Shown here piece by piece: positions 1 to 14,900 of a stretch of DNA of 64,000 nucleotides. This stretch comes from Balanoglossus misakiensis (Eukaryota > Animalia > Hemichordata). Below the pieces are notes generated by a model. That model was not told the origin of the DNA and did no database searches. It saw nothing but the letters and a program-made list of their open reading frames with translations. Position 1 is the first letter of the stretch. Every line of letters starts with the position of its first letter. The position numbers and the translations under genes were made by a program. The DNA lies in the NCBI GenBank assembly GCA_040954595.2, contig CM082588.2, forward strand, positions 732,613-796,612. The letters are read 5' to 3'.

Positions 1-3000
1 CTTCCTTCTGATTCTCCTGCCCCTTCTATCTCTCTTTTCCTTCCTTCCTTCCTTCATTTGCAGACTGCACTATGTGGATCTTCATACAGCGCCTTCCAAC
101 ACAACGACTATCCCAACTACAGAATCCAAGACCGTCAATACTCCCAGTTCAAGAACTACGACCTGACCTTTGCCCATTTTACCAAAACCGGCATCAGTTG
201 ACACGATTCAGTGTCCATGGCAACGATGACTGACAGGTTACCCGATCATATCGACATCTTTATTGACTTTACTGTGTTCCCATGGAAACTGATGAATGGA
301 TGGTGTACTGAAAACACAATTGACGGAATTAGGTGAAAGTGTTTGATGTCATTATCAACAGAGGCTGTCCATTAAAGTCTTGGTACCATTTTTTTTATTT
401 ATGTCCAAGCTTGAGTAAATGTTTTTTTTTATCTCCTTTCTTCTGACAGTCATATCGATTGATATGGAGCTTATCAGATAAGCCGATTGTTGACATCTAT
501 CTGTCTGTCGACACATCAACAATCGACTTCATCTCTTAAACTGGTGTACTGATTGCTTTGAAATTTGATTTAGAGATTGCAAGATTTTTTTTTTAATTAT
601 GCTGAAATTTGAATATCAATTTTTTTTTCTGAAACTGTTTATCCAGTTGCATTATACTTTGACATGCCAGTTTCTATGGTAACCTATGTTAGGTTTGTTC
701 AACTTGTGGTGCCAGAACCTTCTAACTGAAATATACTTTCATGAAAAACTGCTTTACAACAAGACCTTGGTGTACAACCAATGTTGATAATGACATAAAC
801 ATGGAGTTTTCTGATCATGCAGACTTTCTCCATTTCTTTATAACAAAGTTACAGATAATTATACTTAAATGCTTTTCTGCATCAAAGAAATTGTAATTCA
901 GACATTTTTGAGTTGTTTTGTTCCGTGTTGCAATAGTTTCAATTTTCTTGAATTCAATGTGAAATGCTCATTTTTCAGTTTGTCAGCACAGCCTGGATAC
1001 AAGTCACCAACATTATTTTTGTCAAGTTGAACTTTTAAAAGTTAGAATAGCCATGCACAATGGGCATTTGGGGATACCCCACCACCAGATTTCCACGGAA
1101 AAATAACATTTTCAAATGCATATTTAATCATTTATGTCAAAACTATGTTTTATGAGTAATTTGAAGGTCTCTGTTTCCACTGAATCACCTCGTACAAGCT
1201 GACGAGCAAGTTGAATAAAACGAAAGATGTAGTAACTCGTCGTTGATGGCGCAATTGGAAATTGTTACGAGCAAGTGGAGGTATATTTTGTGAAGTCATC
1301 TAGAAATCCAATCTTGATACAACAACAGCATTATTAACTCTTTTTGAGTACTACATATATTAATAATATTATTATTATTATAATCATCATTACATATATT
1401 ATTCAGTGATTATCATGCATGCTGTTATTTCTGAGTGATACAACACTGCTCTTCACTTGATGTAAATCAGGAACCAAAAACTGACGTTTCCATTTTCTCA
1501 ATTTAAGAGCTTTTGGTGTGTTCATATGATAGTGACAAGCTGATAGTTTAAATTGTACCTGGATTGCATTAAGCATTGAAAATGCATATCAATGAATATT
1601 TACTCTGGCTAATTGAACTGTGTGTCTAGTTGACTCTATGATGCATGAAAGTTCATGTGAATATTCATAACTAAGATAATAAAAATATGATTTGGATGCC
1701 AATAGCTGTTCCTCGCACAAAACTTTGTCAGTTTCACATCACTCTGCCTGGTTCAACCTCAATATCAACCATGTGTCCTAGCTCTTAGTCTTGCTGATGT
1801 CCCCTATCTCATTTCCAGTTTGATACACAACTTCGGAAGATGAAGCAAGAAGTATAAAATACAGATACAAAACCACAGAAGACATATCCCTTGGAATCCA
1901 TAGGGGCGCCCTGAGCACGCAGGACCTGCCCGTGATCGATATCCCAAATACACGTACAAAGTAATTGGAACGCAAAGACCTATCCCGAAAACATAAAATG
2001 TTTGTTTAGTACTTTTCCCCCTTTTGTCGGGCGGAGGACGGGGGAGCTTGTTTGAATGGGAATAGTTCTTTTGTCGACGACAATAAATTGGTCTATCATA
2101 ATATAGTAGACGTATTTTTCTGTTGTGGGAGGCAACATGATGACGGGGAGAGCTTACTTAGCCGGTCATGGCAAGAGAGCAAAACTATTGCACAGAAATT
2201 CAAAGTGGCGTCGTTTGTCGACTTGAGATAAGGAGGAGATTGGATTATTTTATCGATGAAAAATGCGCCGAAAGTGGCAGCTACTGGGGCATTAAGGAGA
2301 TATCAAATTGGAACCCTTCTAACTGTTAGTGCAATTATGATTAATATTTCTAAACTTACAGGAACCCCGTGTGAAGTCACAGCTACACAAACCGATTCCG
2401 TTTCAAGAAACTAATAAAAACTCAAGCTTTTGGTGTGAACAGACATTCCTAATCACGTTGATTGTTTGTCTTAAAGTTATTAAATTATGGTTTCAAAGCT
2501 AAGAAGTTTGTTCCTGTCAAAACGATAGCCATTCATACGAAGAGAACATACAATGCTAGGGTCGCGTGTGGTTGAGATGTGCTTGTGTTGCAAATTACTT
2601 AAATAAACATTCAAATAAATCAGTTTCAATTTTGAAAATAAATCAGAAACATGGCTCTATATAGCGACATTGGCAAACACTCGGTAGATTATACAGCAAT
2701 GGCCGAATTGAACGGTTAAACACAACGTTACGGCGAAGTCAATTGTAATCAAACCACAAAAGTGTTTAAAACTGACCGAGTCAAGTCAGAATTTATGATT
2801 GATGTAGTTTAGGACGCTTCAAAGGGTCCCTGGTTTTAGTTAGAATACGCGTTGCTATGGCTGGAGATCGGCCATATTGTGGATAGCGAGCATGTGCGAC
2901 GCGCCCCTCGATCAGAACTCTGTCGCCATCATCTTGTAAGGGGTACGGTCACCCACTTCATCATCGTGTGAAAGTCTCAATGTTGATGGTAAAACTCGTT

Positions 3001-6000
3001 TCTCACGACAAAACGTTGGTGCGGTTTGCGCTTCATTCATATCATGTGACCTAACCTCTCTCCCTGTTGATTTTTCGGTTACGTTTATTCCTGTTTCCAT
3101 ACTTGTTTCCATGGTGACGAAGTTAGCGATGATGGTGGTGGTACGTTCCTATGCACCATCCATCGCAGTCGGAACCCATGACAACCAACTTGTCTGTCTG
3201 TATGCTTGTGTCACCCCTCAAAAATACAACATTGGTAAAAACATCTCGATTTAAACAAATATGAATGAGGGCTTACCTGAGTTTTCTTTACCAACATTTC
3301 AAAGCAGTTTGACAAACGGTTTCCCAGGAGGTTTGTATCCTAAAAGAAAGAAAATACCAAAAGAACCTCATTAAAAATATGAACTTTTAGATCACAGCAC
3401 AAGATGATGATAAAAAGACCACGTGTACCAAAAAAGCGTTTCTTTTGGTATTTTTCACATTGCTTGGTCTATTTGCATACCTCGGCAGCTGTCTGTCAAT
3501 CATGTTTTGAGTGTGCATCACCTACAAGTACCAAGAATGTATTGTATATCTCTATACATTTATGGGGTCAGATTGGGGAGTCTAAAAGCCGGTACCTCCA
3601 AAAGCACTGCGGGAGACACATGGACTGAACGACCGCCATTGTACCGAGCCTTTTGCTTGGGCGCCACTGGTTACCAGGATTGTTGAAAGGATGACCTGAC
3701 CAGCCCTATCAAAAACATACGGTTTCCAGGCGTCATTTACAAGTCCAGGCACTGTATACTGGAGGCTCTATTGGAAATCATACGGTTGTGGGCCTCTCTG
3801 AACCAGTACATGGACCATAATTTGATCACAGAGGGCGTAACGCCGGAATAAAAAAATAGGATCGTTCGAGCTATGAGAAATGAAATAAAAAGTCTACCCT
3901 TGTGGTTAAGATATGGAGTGGGGTATTTTTTTTTGGGGGGGGGTGAAGGCGTGTGTCTTTATATTGCATAATATGATCCTGGCAATACAGGGATAAGAGA
4001 CTTTGAATTGTGTGATATTGGCCATCTGCGGACTGCGACTGTTTTCTCAGTATGCACAGCGTAGTTTCCTTGTTGCAGAAGTCTACTGTTCGCAGTTATC
4101 ACATCATAATTGCATTTTTAGTAAAAAGTCGAAAACTCACTGTACTATTAAAGAGTTTGAAGAAATCATACGTTAACTGTATTTCATGAGTATGACCTAA
4201 CATATCACGGACTGACCACTACCCTCAAGTTAGTGGTCAATCCGTTAACTCAGACGCAAGGTGCGTGTATTTCAAAACTGCGCAGCGCCATGCTGTTGGC
4301 CGGGTAGAACGATTTCCCGACACCATGGCTGGATGTTAGAGCTTTCATGATGGACGTTTATATATGTATCGCTACATGTTTTCCTATAGTCTATGCTTCA
4401 TCACTTTCTACTCTGACTCGTGTGAGGGCAGACCTGCTGATAGTGGTATTGAGTCATCGCAGTCAACAGACTATTATCGATAATGACCGTGTTCAATAGA
4501 AACCGTCCTGAACTGCCAGTTGTCAGAAAGTAGAACTGGTCTTCGGAATTCTATTGCGACGTAAAGCAGGCCAAACGTACGATCACCGCTATGACTAGAA
4601 CCGTGCGGTCGCAGTCATTTTGGTGTTTGTATATGCGAATTCAGTGTTAAGAAAACATCACTCTTGTATTCGTCGTGGTAATTGGCAAATTTTCCCTAAT
4701 TGTGCAAAGTGTCGCTGTTAAATCGCAGCCTTGAATTGGCCATCTGACATAGTTCTTCCGGGGGAACCACTCTCAAGACTCATTTGTAAGCTGGGCGAAC
4801 TTCCTTTGCCCTTATATGGTCAATGGTGCCAAAACCGTGAGCAGACGGCAAGTGAAAGCCACCATAAGATCTTAAAGCAGAATATTGAAGTTCAGTGACC
4901 CAGGCAGCACAGGGTTTTGTTCAATATATACCTCCAAAAGACTCAATTCTAATTTCATTCGGACAAATCACAACAGAGAGTCTTCACCCATTGTACTGTT
5001 TATTACCGCCCGTCGGGGAAAACGATACCCGTATTGTCGGGTACAAAGGAAGGCTCCGTGGCAAATGCTACAACCAAGAGAACCATCACACATGGCCGCG
5101 TTCTAAGTCAGAATTGCCTTAAGGGAAGGAACAAAACTTGCGAGCAAAAGTCGCCGTCCACTTGCGCTTTCTTTGCTTTCTAGCTTGACTTCTTGTACGA
5201 ACGTGCTTGTGGGAATTCGACAATTTGAATACGGCTGATCGAAAAGATACGGCCGACGGGTTGACATTGCATTGACGCATTGTTGGTCGAAATTGACAGT
5301 TTTCGACGGTGCTTCCGTTGTGAGTGAGGACTTCGGTGGACTGCTTGAGTGGGTTCCGTTTGTTGTGTGAGTGTGGGAATTTTCAGCACTCCGAGCACAT
5401 GTCGTCGCATTTGAATAATAATAAGAAAACAAAGGCGTTTTTTATCCCTCACATACAGCACAGAGAGTGCAGAATTTGTCGGACTGCTCCTCGCCCGTCA
5501 CAACGAACTTCAGGACGAAGTTCTCGCGTCAATTTGCTAATATTTTTTTTACTAATAATTGAACAGTATTGATTTTGTGGGGCGAAATACTTGTCAATAT
5601 GCTATTAATATATCCTTTATGCAATTATCAGCCGAGGAGTGAAGAGAGACGCGCGTGTCTGCCGCGTGGCCGCAATTACGCGACAATCATTTATTGTGCT
5701 ATGAACAACAAAGGAAGCACCTGTTTGGATATCAAAGTGGGGATTAGGTTTGGCTCGTGGGAGGTGGTTTCCAGTCCCCACTGTTGCCACAGGTGTTATA
5801 TGAAACTTTTTGGGGGGAAGCGAGTTGCAAATACAACGCGAGGGAATAACTTTTGCTTGATAAACAAACTCTGGACTTGGTGGCTGTCCCAAGAAACCGA
5901 AGTCTGACATGTAGAATGGTGACCCGCTTGGACGCTCTGCCACTATGGCCACTGATACAGCAAATAAAAACGCCCGGTATTCATATACTCTACTTGAACT

Positions 6001-8900
6001 GATTTGGATTTCAATTCATCGCAGACTCTTTTGTTTGCAATGCGATTAATTGCTTGCCAGATCGAGACTAAGTATTGAGGACGAATTCTCGGGATCACCG
6101 GTGTTATTGGCAACCGGTATCAACAGACATGGACAGGGCAGTACATACAACCAGTTTTCGTCACAACGTCTTACAAACTCGCACATGCGCATCACTACGT
6201 CCGTCCGTCCGTCCTTACATATAGATACATGTACAGACAGACAGATAGACAGACAGACGGACAATCTGACACACAGAGAGATGCCCACTCAAGTCGTCTG
6301 ATTTGCGTTGGACCAAGGTGATGTGTGCAGAGTCGTTATCCCTCTACTCATTGTCGTCGGAGTAAATAACGTCAACTAACCAACCATCTTATCTGATCTT
6401 ACGCCCAATTCGAAAATGCGCAAGATATTGATTGCCCAATCATGACCCCACCGATTAAACAAGACGTTCGTATTAAACTATAACTTCTGTGTTACTTTCG
6501 CGTAGGTTCGGAGTCCACTATGCGTGGGGTGTAAAGTAATGCGAGACATCCGACCTTCCAGGAGGAACCTTTTCGCTAAAAAAAAGTAATTTTTCATGTC
6601 TCTCATTTCTGTCGTCCGTTGCGCTATTTCTAACTTCCGGAGAACATGATCAATTTGAGTGTAATCATTATATGACTATTATGAAGTACTCTCATTGTAA
6701 ACATACACAGCGGCAGTGTGCAAGTCAAGCGAAGACGGATAAAAGCGAGAAAAAATATATGAATAAGTTTTGATGTTGTTAGCTGATTTTAATTTAAATT
6801 TGCCATCATTTTTCATAAAGTAAAAGAAGATATATCATTTCACTTTCTCCCTGAGTCTGTGAACATTCTCTTCAGAATTTGTACAGCAAGACGGGTGGGT
6901 GACGGGTCTACAGCACTGAATACAACCTAGCGTTGCGCAAACCTGTGCCACACGAGGCACGCATGTTCACGCTAGCCCCGGCGAGACAGGTAGCATTTCT
7001 TTAAAAATTACAAGGCCTCCCCGTTCAGTCGGGATTAAGTCAGTTTTTCCGCGTTGCGAAATCTTTGGCAACAAATCGGCTACGTTTCTGTGAGTCTAAA
7101 GCGAGAGATTTTCTGGGGAATCGGGCGAGGGTTGATGACGTCAAGGCAAGTCGAAGTGAATGGGCCACGCGTTGCCAATACCTCGCCCTGTCGGGACCGC
7201 ATGTTGTTGTGTTCTGCTCGAGTGACTGCAGCCAGTTCTTTATCCCAAATAATAATTTACTGTGTAGTTCTCTGTGTGTTTCGCGCACAAGATTTGCATT
7301 AGAAAGGCCGGACAAGATGAGGATAAATTAACACATGAACGGGTCTTGTTGTCAGGTTTATTGAACTCAAAGGAGACAGGATCGCGGAAACATCTCCGGG
7401 GAGAAGGAAAGAGAAATAAGAGAAGCCTAACACCCAGTCAAACAATTAATTAATGAGCGTAAGGAACGAGCAGAAAGATCACTTTCTATTACGTGTGTAA
7501 TTGAGTTTGAAGACAGCGGCAAAGAAATTACAATTCCCAACAGATATTCACCGAACACTATGGAGGGACTCGGAGACGCTCTATATTTAGAATTTTTATA
7601 ACAACAACAGCAACGATATCGATGACGACGACAACAACAACAACAACATGTTTTGTCAATGATCATGATTACTACCAGAATGGAATACATGTACATGTAC
7701 CATCATATAATGCGAGGATACGTTGTGTGCAGATCAAACAAGGACGGGCCAGTGACTCAATCAAAAGCGCGTCAAAAGAATATACTTTTAAAATGATTCA
7801 AAGCTATTGGAAGTCTTTGATTTCAACTTTCCTTTCCAGACATTTTCTTGGAGAATATTGCCGTCTTAGTGGTACGTAGACAGCTACAATTTCCAAACTC
7901 ATGTACAGCTAGTATATTATATCGGATCAACTCTGTCTGTTGCTACCTCTAAATTAAATCTACAGAGACTTTTAAAACATAATTTAAAACCGATGATTGA
8001 AGATCAATTTAACAGCAGAGCTTATATTTGATATGCACTGTAAATTAAAATCTAATGCTGATGGCGAACTTTGTCCTTGTCATGAAATTTTCAAAGTGTA
8101 TCGTGACAAAAGGACAACTCAATAGCACAGTGTAAAATCGACGAGTCCGTCAAAGTCAATATTTTGTGATAAGGACATCCATATATCTATAGTATATAAA
8201 AGACGAATTATAAGCTTATCATCCGCGATCTGTCATGGGATGGTCGCAAATGATGCATTGAGCTGAATTGCTTGCACGATAATATGCAAAACAAAACAAT
8301 TCAATTTAACATGCCGGTATTGATTACTAAATACTAACATAAACAGAAAAATAACAAAAGGAACTGGTTGACAACATGTGATTTTATAAAGTCCGACTGG
8401 TACAAGAGAGAAGGGCAACGGAGATTTCAACCATTATGTCTCATATCGGATAAACAGGGGATGGGCATTTTATGATGGTGTGAAAATTTGATTACGCGCA
8501 TGATAAAAGTAAGCGAACATTTAGCTAGGTTATCAGTGGCAGAAGTAAATCGAACGGCAATTAAAAACTCGTTTTTGAAGTGAAGCTGTAGGGCGAATTT
8601 TGTGTTTGAAAGAGATCCCGATCGAAGCGCTGTTCGTACGCGTTGTCCGCGTTCCGCGCCTGCGCATTGGACCGTACGCGGGTTTTGTCAACGCGCTGTT
8701 GCATGGACAAAAATGGGTGCAAGAAAACCGCTCTTTATTGACGGCTTCATCCACAGCTGTTTTGCAGCCGAAGTGTTCTCACAGTCCATCGTGTATGTTA
8801 CCTAGAAAAACGGTATCCCAGGCAAAATGCAATTCATTCGGCTTTCACCCGTGAATCGCTCACCAACCAAACGGACGAGCAGTACCAGTCCCAACCACCG

Positions 8901-11900
8901 ATGTTCAAAGCTACCGTTTGGAGTCGGCCAGGGGCGGCGGCCAGAGACGCCGAGAGAGACGCTTCCGATATCGAAACAAGCGTGTGGACGTCAACCGAAA
9001 TACCAAACAACATCCAGTTCGGACCATTCGAAGGCGATTTTAAACTCGGGATCAACTTGAAAGATAATCGTGAATCCCCTTTCATGTTAGAGGTAAGTTT
9101 TCTCAAACTTTTCTTGATCGTCTGTGACTTATGCGGCTTTTGTGTAAAAAACATCTATTGTGTCATCACTGCCACTTCTTAATAAAGAGAAAGCACTTAT
9201 TGGGTCATATATTTAGCAAATTAATATGTCAATATGCTCTCTCAATTGTGTCAATTTGAAATCGGTAAGTACGCACCTCTCTTCGATTTTCTGCAGTTAG
9301 TTGTTAATATGCCATCAGCGAAAGTTTATTTTACCATTTGTTGAAATAATCGGTTTTTGTGTATTTTGCGATTTTTCATTCCTGAAAATTCGTCGACTTT
9401 GCAAGATTTCTGCTTCACGACTAGTTTGTTCACTTTCACTAAGCAACTTGTACGGGTCCGAACTGAGAAGACAACATTGCGTCCACACGTCATATCACAT
9501 GTTACATGTGAAGTTAGTAAACCAACAATTTCGTAAAATTTCGGGAAAACCGTAACTAAAACCGCAATGATCCATTTACCAATAGTACAACTGGACACAA
9601 CAAATGGGGCTAAAAGGTGCGAAAATTGCTTACTTATAATTTTGGCTGTAGACAATCGATAAATTACGTGGTACACCAATCAGTTCAGTCGATACACACA
9701 TGCTTGGCATATTTGATTGGCCACCCTTTCCTGTGGAATTCACCATTCGGGTGGAGATTCCTGGATCATGTTCGTAAGCGTAAACTCAGTTGATAATATC
9801 CATCGCTTTCAAGTTACGAGAAGATGGATTGGTGATGTAAAACCTAACTAAATCGCCAACTTTTAGGTTTTACATGCAGATTGAGTTATCGTTTGATCCG
9901 TGTTGAAATAATAGGCGTACTGGTCATTATATACTATACTTGTAGTTAATTACATTGTGATCGACGCTATGGGATGTGACATTTGTTGGGAGCGATGTAT
10001 ACATACTAATTATATCATTGGCAAGCCTGACTGGATTTATGCAGTAATCCCTTGTTTCTGCTTTTTCCGTCACTTGACACCGAGACTGTTTCTTTTGTCC
10101 AAACCAGCTGTAACGTTTATGAGTGCAAGAGTGGCCTTGTCCGGCTGCAGATTGGCCAGACCGATGACCGTGATTGGTCACGTGTCGCTGCCAAGTGTGT
10201 TCACGGCCCTGTAGCGCCCAGTGCGCACACAAATAAAGATATATTAGCCAGTGAAAACTGCCTATAGACGTGGGACACGCAAATACATGACGATATGGCG
10301 CACTTTTATCACACATGACCACAACTGTTGTTTTAATCATTGCGTCAGGTGCGCGTGGCGCGTGCGCAAATGCTTGTGGCGCCCCAGGACTAGGTCCCGG
10401 ACTTAGCGCCGACCAGGGCGACCAATATTGATGGAGCAGAGAACAGGAAACTGCGTTGTTAAGGTTCATTCCGTCTGAGTAAACAGCGTGAGAAAAGCAA
10501 AGGTTTGACTCACTTGCGAGCTGACTTTGGTTATTATGGATTTATTATCCATGCAATCAAAAGGTCGTGATTTTCTTCAATAATTATATAATACGGTACA
10601 AATACATATCGGCCTATATCCATATGACAATAATTATATAGGAAAATATACACATCTGTACAACAGAAAGGAATATTATTTAAGAACCATTTTGGAGACA
10701 CGAAGACTTTTCTGGAGTTATACAATAACTTTAAGTTGTGAAGCGTATTAAAATAATGTCTTTCTCTCGGACGTGCTTGTATAAAGGAACTTCGGCGCCA
10801 GTCGTTCACAGTTTTCAGGATCAGACCTCGAACAACAATCGTCCACCGAAATTTAAGAGCGGTGTACGCCTTAACAGCCGTTGTACAGTGTTCTTGTATT
10901 ATACATTCTATGAACTGAGTCCCCCCTTGATTTTACGATCGCCTTTTCTCAACTTTTACATCTTTTGATTTACACACATCTCAGTCTGTTGCGCCATCGT
11001 TGTCTCTCGGGGCACCAAATTGTAACATGTTTTGAACACACAAAAAGACGTGCGTGTTCATTCAACAATTTTCTTTGCTCTTTCAATCTTTGTAGAACGT
11101 TTGAAAAAACTACCAGAAATATGTGTCCACGCACAACGCCATCATAAAAGCTCTAAGAGACTTATCCACTACTCAATACTTGGTACTTTTTCTTTCCATC
11201 AATTTAAAATGATAAAATTAAAGTTTTTTAAACTTCAAAGTATTTCACACTTTATGTGCGTTTATGTACATATAAACCCACGAATAGACTTCAAAAGAAC
11301 GCTGAATGAATATAAGTATTTCAAATATCAGTTTTGGGAAGTGAGATGGGTTTCAGTACCGGCACAGTCGGTACTTACCGCAACTAGTCCACGGATCGAT
11401 AAATCCAACAAAAAACTCAATCCCGCATTAAAAATCAATTAAAATCCAATCCACGTTAGTGTCAGTTTTTGTTCGGGAAAACATTAGAAAGATATTTGAG
11501 CGAAGAAAAATCGATACGAGGCGTGAGGCGCTGTTAGAAATATAAGTGAGAACGCGCCAGGCATTGCATCGCCGATGTATATACTGCCAAATCGAGTAAC
11601 AAAGGAAAACAGTTCGCTCTATGAATGACGGACACAATAAGTATTTTGCATGTCAAATGTGTTTTTGATATACTGACAACTATTGGTGCAATTATCAATG
11701 TTGAAAAGACCTAATTGAAATTTCTTCGATAAGATGACCTCTGACCTATAGTTACTTTCATTTCCCTATTATCAAGACTGTGTGATTTCTCTCCTGAATA
11801 AAGACATACGCCGTCATGAAAAACTACCGGTTCATTGTCTCGCGTTCCCAGAGAAGTTGGCTTCGAACCACAGCGCCATCACAGGCCGATCCTGGGTTCT

Positions 11901-14900
11901 CCTAAATCATGAAGGCCAAAATACTGGACGTACCGCATAATGGCGCTCTACAAATACGATTTGCAATTGAAACTCCTCTCACATCAACTGTCGGGAATAT
12001 CAACAACAAATGATACATTCAGAGGCCACTGCTGCACATTGCGGTCGCTGCTCATGGACCTGCCAAGCCACAATACATTGCCACAGCAAAACAACAAAGT
12101 TCATTAAACAGACGTCACGATATCTCAAAAGTGGACCCACTTATACCATAATACACAAAATATACAACTTTGCCTTTTTTCGCGATTTTAAGGATCGGAA
12201 TATTACATCTACAAACATTGCAACAGCGATCAATTTTGACATTGACTTATTTCCAAATTTTAGTACAAGTTGACCACCTCGTCTTCTTAGTTTGTTTTGT
12301 TCTGGTTTGTTTATCTTTATGTTTTAGTACATTCTTTGTTGATTCACACAGACCATGTCCTCGATAGGGACGCCGGCAGATGCACAGTAAGGTCAGGTCC
12401 GGAAAAACGGGCAGAAAATTGCCGCCATTTTGGTGAAAGACCCTATACAACATTCACAGTTTAACGAACAAAGTGGATAAAACGAATCAATTTTGATAGC
12501 AATAGGAAGGGTTTATTGTGCGGAGTCATCGCGCTACATTTCAGCTACTATGGCAACGGCAGTCTGCAGGTTGATACATTTCTCAAGGAATGGACGCCGA
12601 TGACAACTTGACAGGGCTATTCCACACAAACAAAATGGTGGCAATAGCGTCCCTAATATACAGCTGGTTTATTTATGACCATTGTATACGCTGCTTTCGA
12701 TATATTAATGAAAAGTCCGGATATATCATTTTTATACCATACACATATCTTTGTTTTTATGCTTGATATAGACAATGTTTACCCCCCATTAATGTTAGTG
12801 ACGAAACTGCGCTAAATTGAATCATATTAGGAATTTATATTGACGTCATCTTCAGTATTCCCCGTTCTCTATACATGCACACTGTTCCATCTCGTTGCTG
12901 CTCTATCTGCCTGCCTCTCCCCTTCTCTGTCTCTCTCCCTCTCTCTCGTTTTTGCACATGTGACAACTGTTTTCATTCCCCTTCATGTATCTGCCTATAG
13001 TATATTCAATACCTAAGGTCTATTGGTCGAGATTTCTTTTCTATCAGTTTAACGAAATTCTTATCCGTCCTATATTTAGAACATGTTCCAACTAAACCAA
13101 CGTGAGAAACAACTGAGCCATTACATTAAAGCACTTAATCAGCATGTTAATGTTTAAGGTTTAGCTCCACTAATACCTTCATTGCCTCTAATTGCCTCAG
13201 GTACTTCTCAGGTATGACGTACAGAGAATTAGACACAATTGCAAGAATGTAATTGATGATTTCGTGTTTGGTGGATTTAAGTTTCACTGAAAGCGAATTA
13301 TTTTGGATGACGGGTTGATACACGAAATCCAAAAAGGATGCATGCATGGAAATGAGTCTTGCGGTTCACTAGTCGATGGTGGCCATTCAAACCCAGATCA
13401 GAGAAAACTTCTATGCACTTTTGAAACATGAAGTTGTTTTGTGGAAACGGACCCATGTCAGTTGACAATCTTGTTAACTTTGCTTTTTTTCCTTCTGCTT
13501 TAAAAAGTTGAATGAAGTCTAGTGTGGCGTCCGCCCAGTATGTGGATTGTATCTAGATTTCCACTCGACGTCCCGTCACCAATGCTTTGCCGCGAACGGT
13601 CGCGGTGGTGTTCAATCATTCCGTTGACAAACCAGCATTGTTCAAACGTGACAGGTTCCAAAAAGCTGCCGTTTTCACTTTCTTTGGGTTCATTTCAGGC
13701 CCATAACCCTCTCCGAGGCGCTGCACGGTAGTAAGGGACAACCATGTCCCACGATTTCTTTGTTCTCGCCAACAAATAATCAAACTAATAGGACGTCGAA
13801 GAAGCCGTATATATCCTCCAGGAGTCTAAATTAGCCTACCCGCTTCACAAAGCGCCTGGTGCCTTTATTTCCTTTTCAAGACAGGGCCATGAGTTTTAAA
13901 CTTGCCTAACAAAGTGCCTTTATAGTGTATGGAATTAGGTTCCTTTGTTTCAAAACCCGTTATTTGAATGTAAAAAGACGTCAGACTTAATCAGCACGAA
14001 ATTATTGGCCTCAGTTTATTTCATGGGATTGTCGCGTCTGTGTTTGTTTTTCGTTTCTCGCAAGAGAAATCCCGGAATGATTTTGTTGTGGGTTTCAGGG
14101 AGAGAGAGAGCATATCTATGTTAAGCACAAACTTTCTAGTAAAACCCGGGATGGGTCCCGGCACCGTGGCTATAGACACACACTGGATTTCCTTTCAGCT
14201 GTGCGTTGTCTCCTGACTAAACTTACACATACCTTAGAAGTATTTCTAAGAACAACTGAATAAGACTTTAAGGTTTGGAGTTCTAAAACAAATGACAACC
14301 TAAATCTACATTTATGAAAATTTAAAAAAACGAGTAACATATACGCGTGAATTCACTATCGAAATCTCAATTTCCCAAGTTTCTGAACCCCCTTCGTTCT
14401 GTGGGATGGTGCACACCATAGGCTAGTTACAACTTGATGGGCGTGGCCGCTTGTCAGATTAAAGCCGGGCTGCTGGTTTCGCTCCATTCGGCCTTTCATT
14501 ATTTCAGCCGGATTAACATAACGACTGTCAATGTCTTTTTGACAGGTGAGATTCAAAGATGGTCGAATGACGAGTGTTAGTGGACCAGACGACGGTTCTA
14601 TGAGATGGACGCGTTTCATTAGCGCCGCACGACACCAGCACGAACAGAACCTGGAAGCACTGAGGAAAGACGACGGACGAGTCTTCTTTCGAACCACCAG
14701 AGGGATTCTCAAAGGAGAAGAGTTACTGGTGTGGTACAGCGAACAATTTGCACATACTATGGGCATTCCCTGTCTGTCTAAAGACAACATACAAGGTAAG
14801 ACTGGAAATTAACTTGGTCTAGTCTTTGTTCTGTTCAGAGAACATCACATATGGACGATTGTAATATCGCCAGACTCCAAACTGGAATCCTTTATAGCGA

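Noticed and set aside
211-683. Several X-box-like palindromes (GTGTCCATGGCAAC, GTTCCCATGGAAAC, GTTTCTATGGTAAC)
   Set aside because: No associated gene start in the window, and similar words recur throughout, so no function can be assigned.
2912-3720. Minus-strand exon-like pieces with plausible splice sites (e.g. ~3278-3339) and a 66-aa ORF
   Set aside because: They could not be assembled into a continuous frame or matched to any domain I recognise.
7600-7650. Poly-Cys / poly-Thr ORFs
   Set aside because: They derive from a (CAA/CGA)n simple repeat.
9927-10469. 180-aa antisense ORF in PRDM13 intron 1 (similarly 15978-16433 in intron 2)
   Set aside because: No recognisable motif or supporting splice structure; more likely CpG-rich regulatory DNA.
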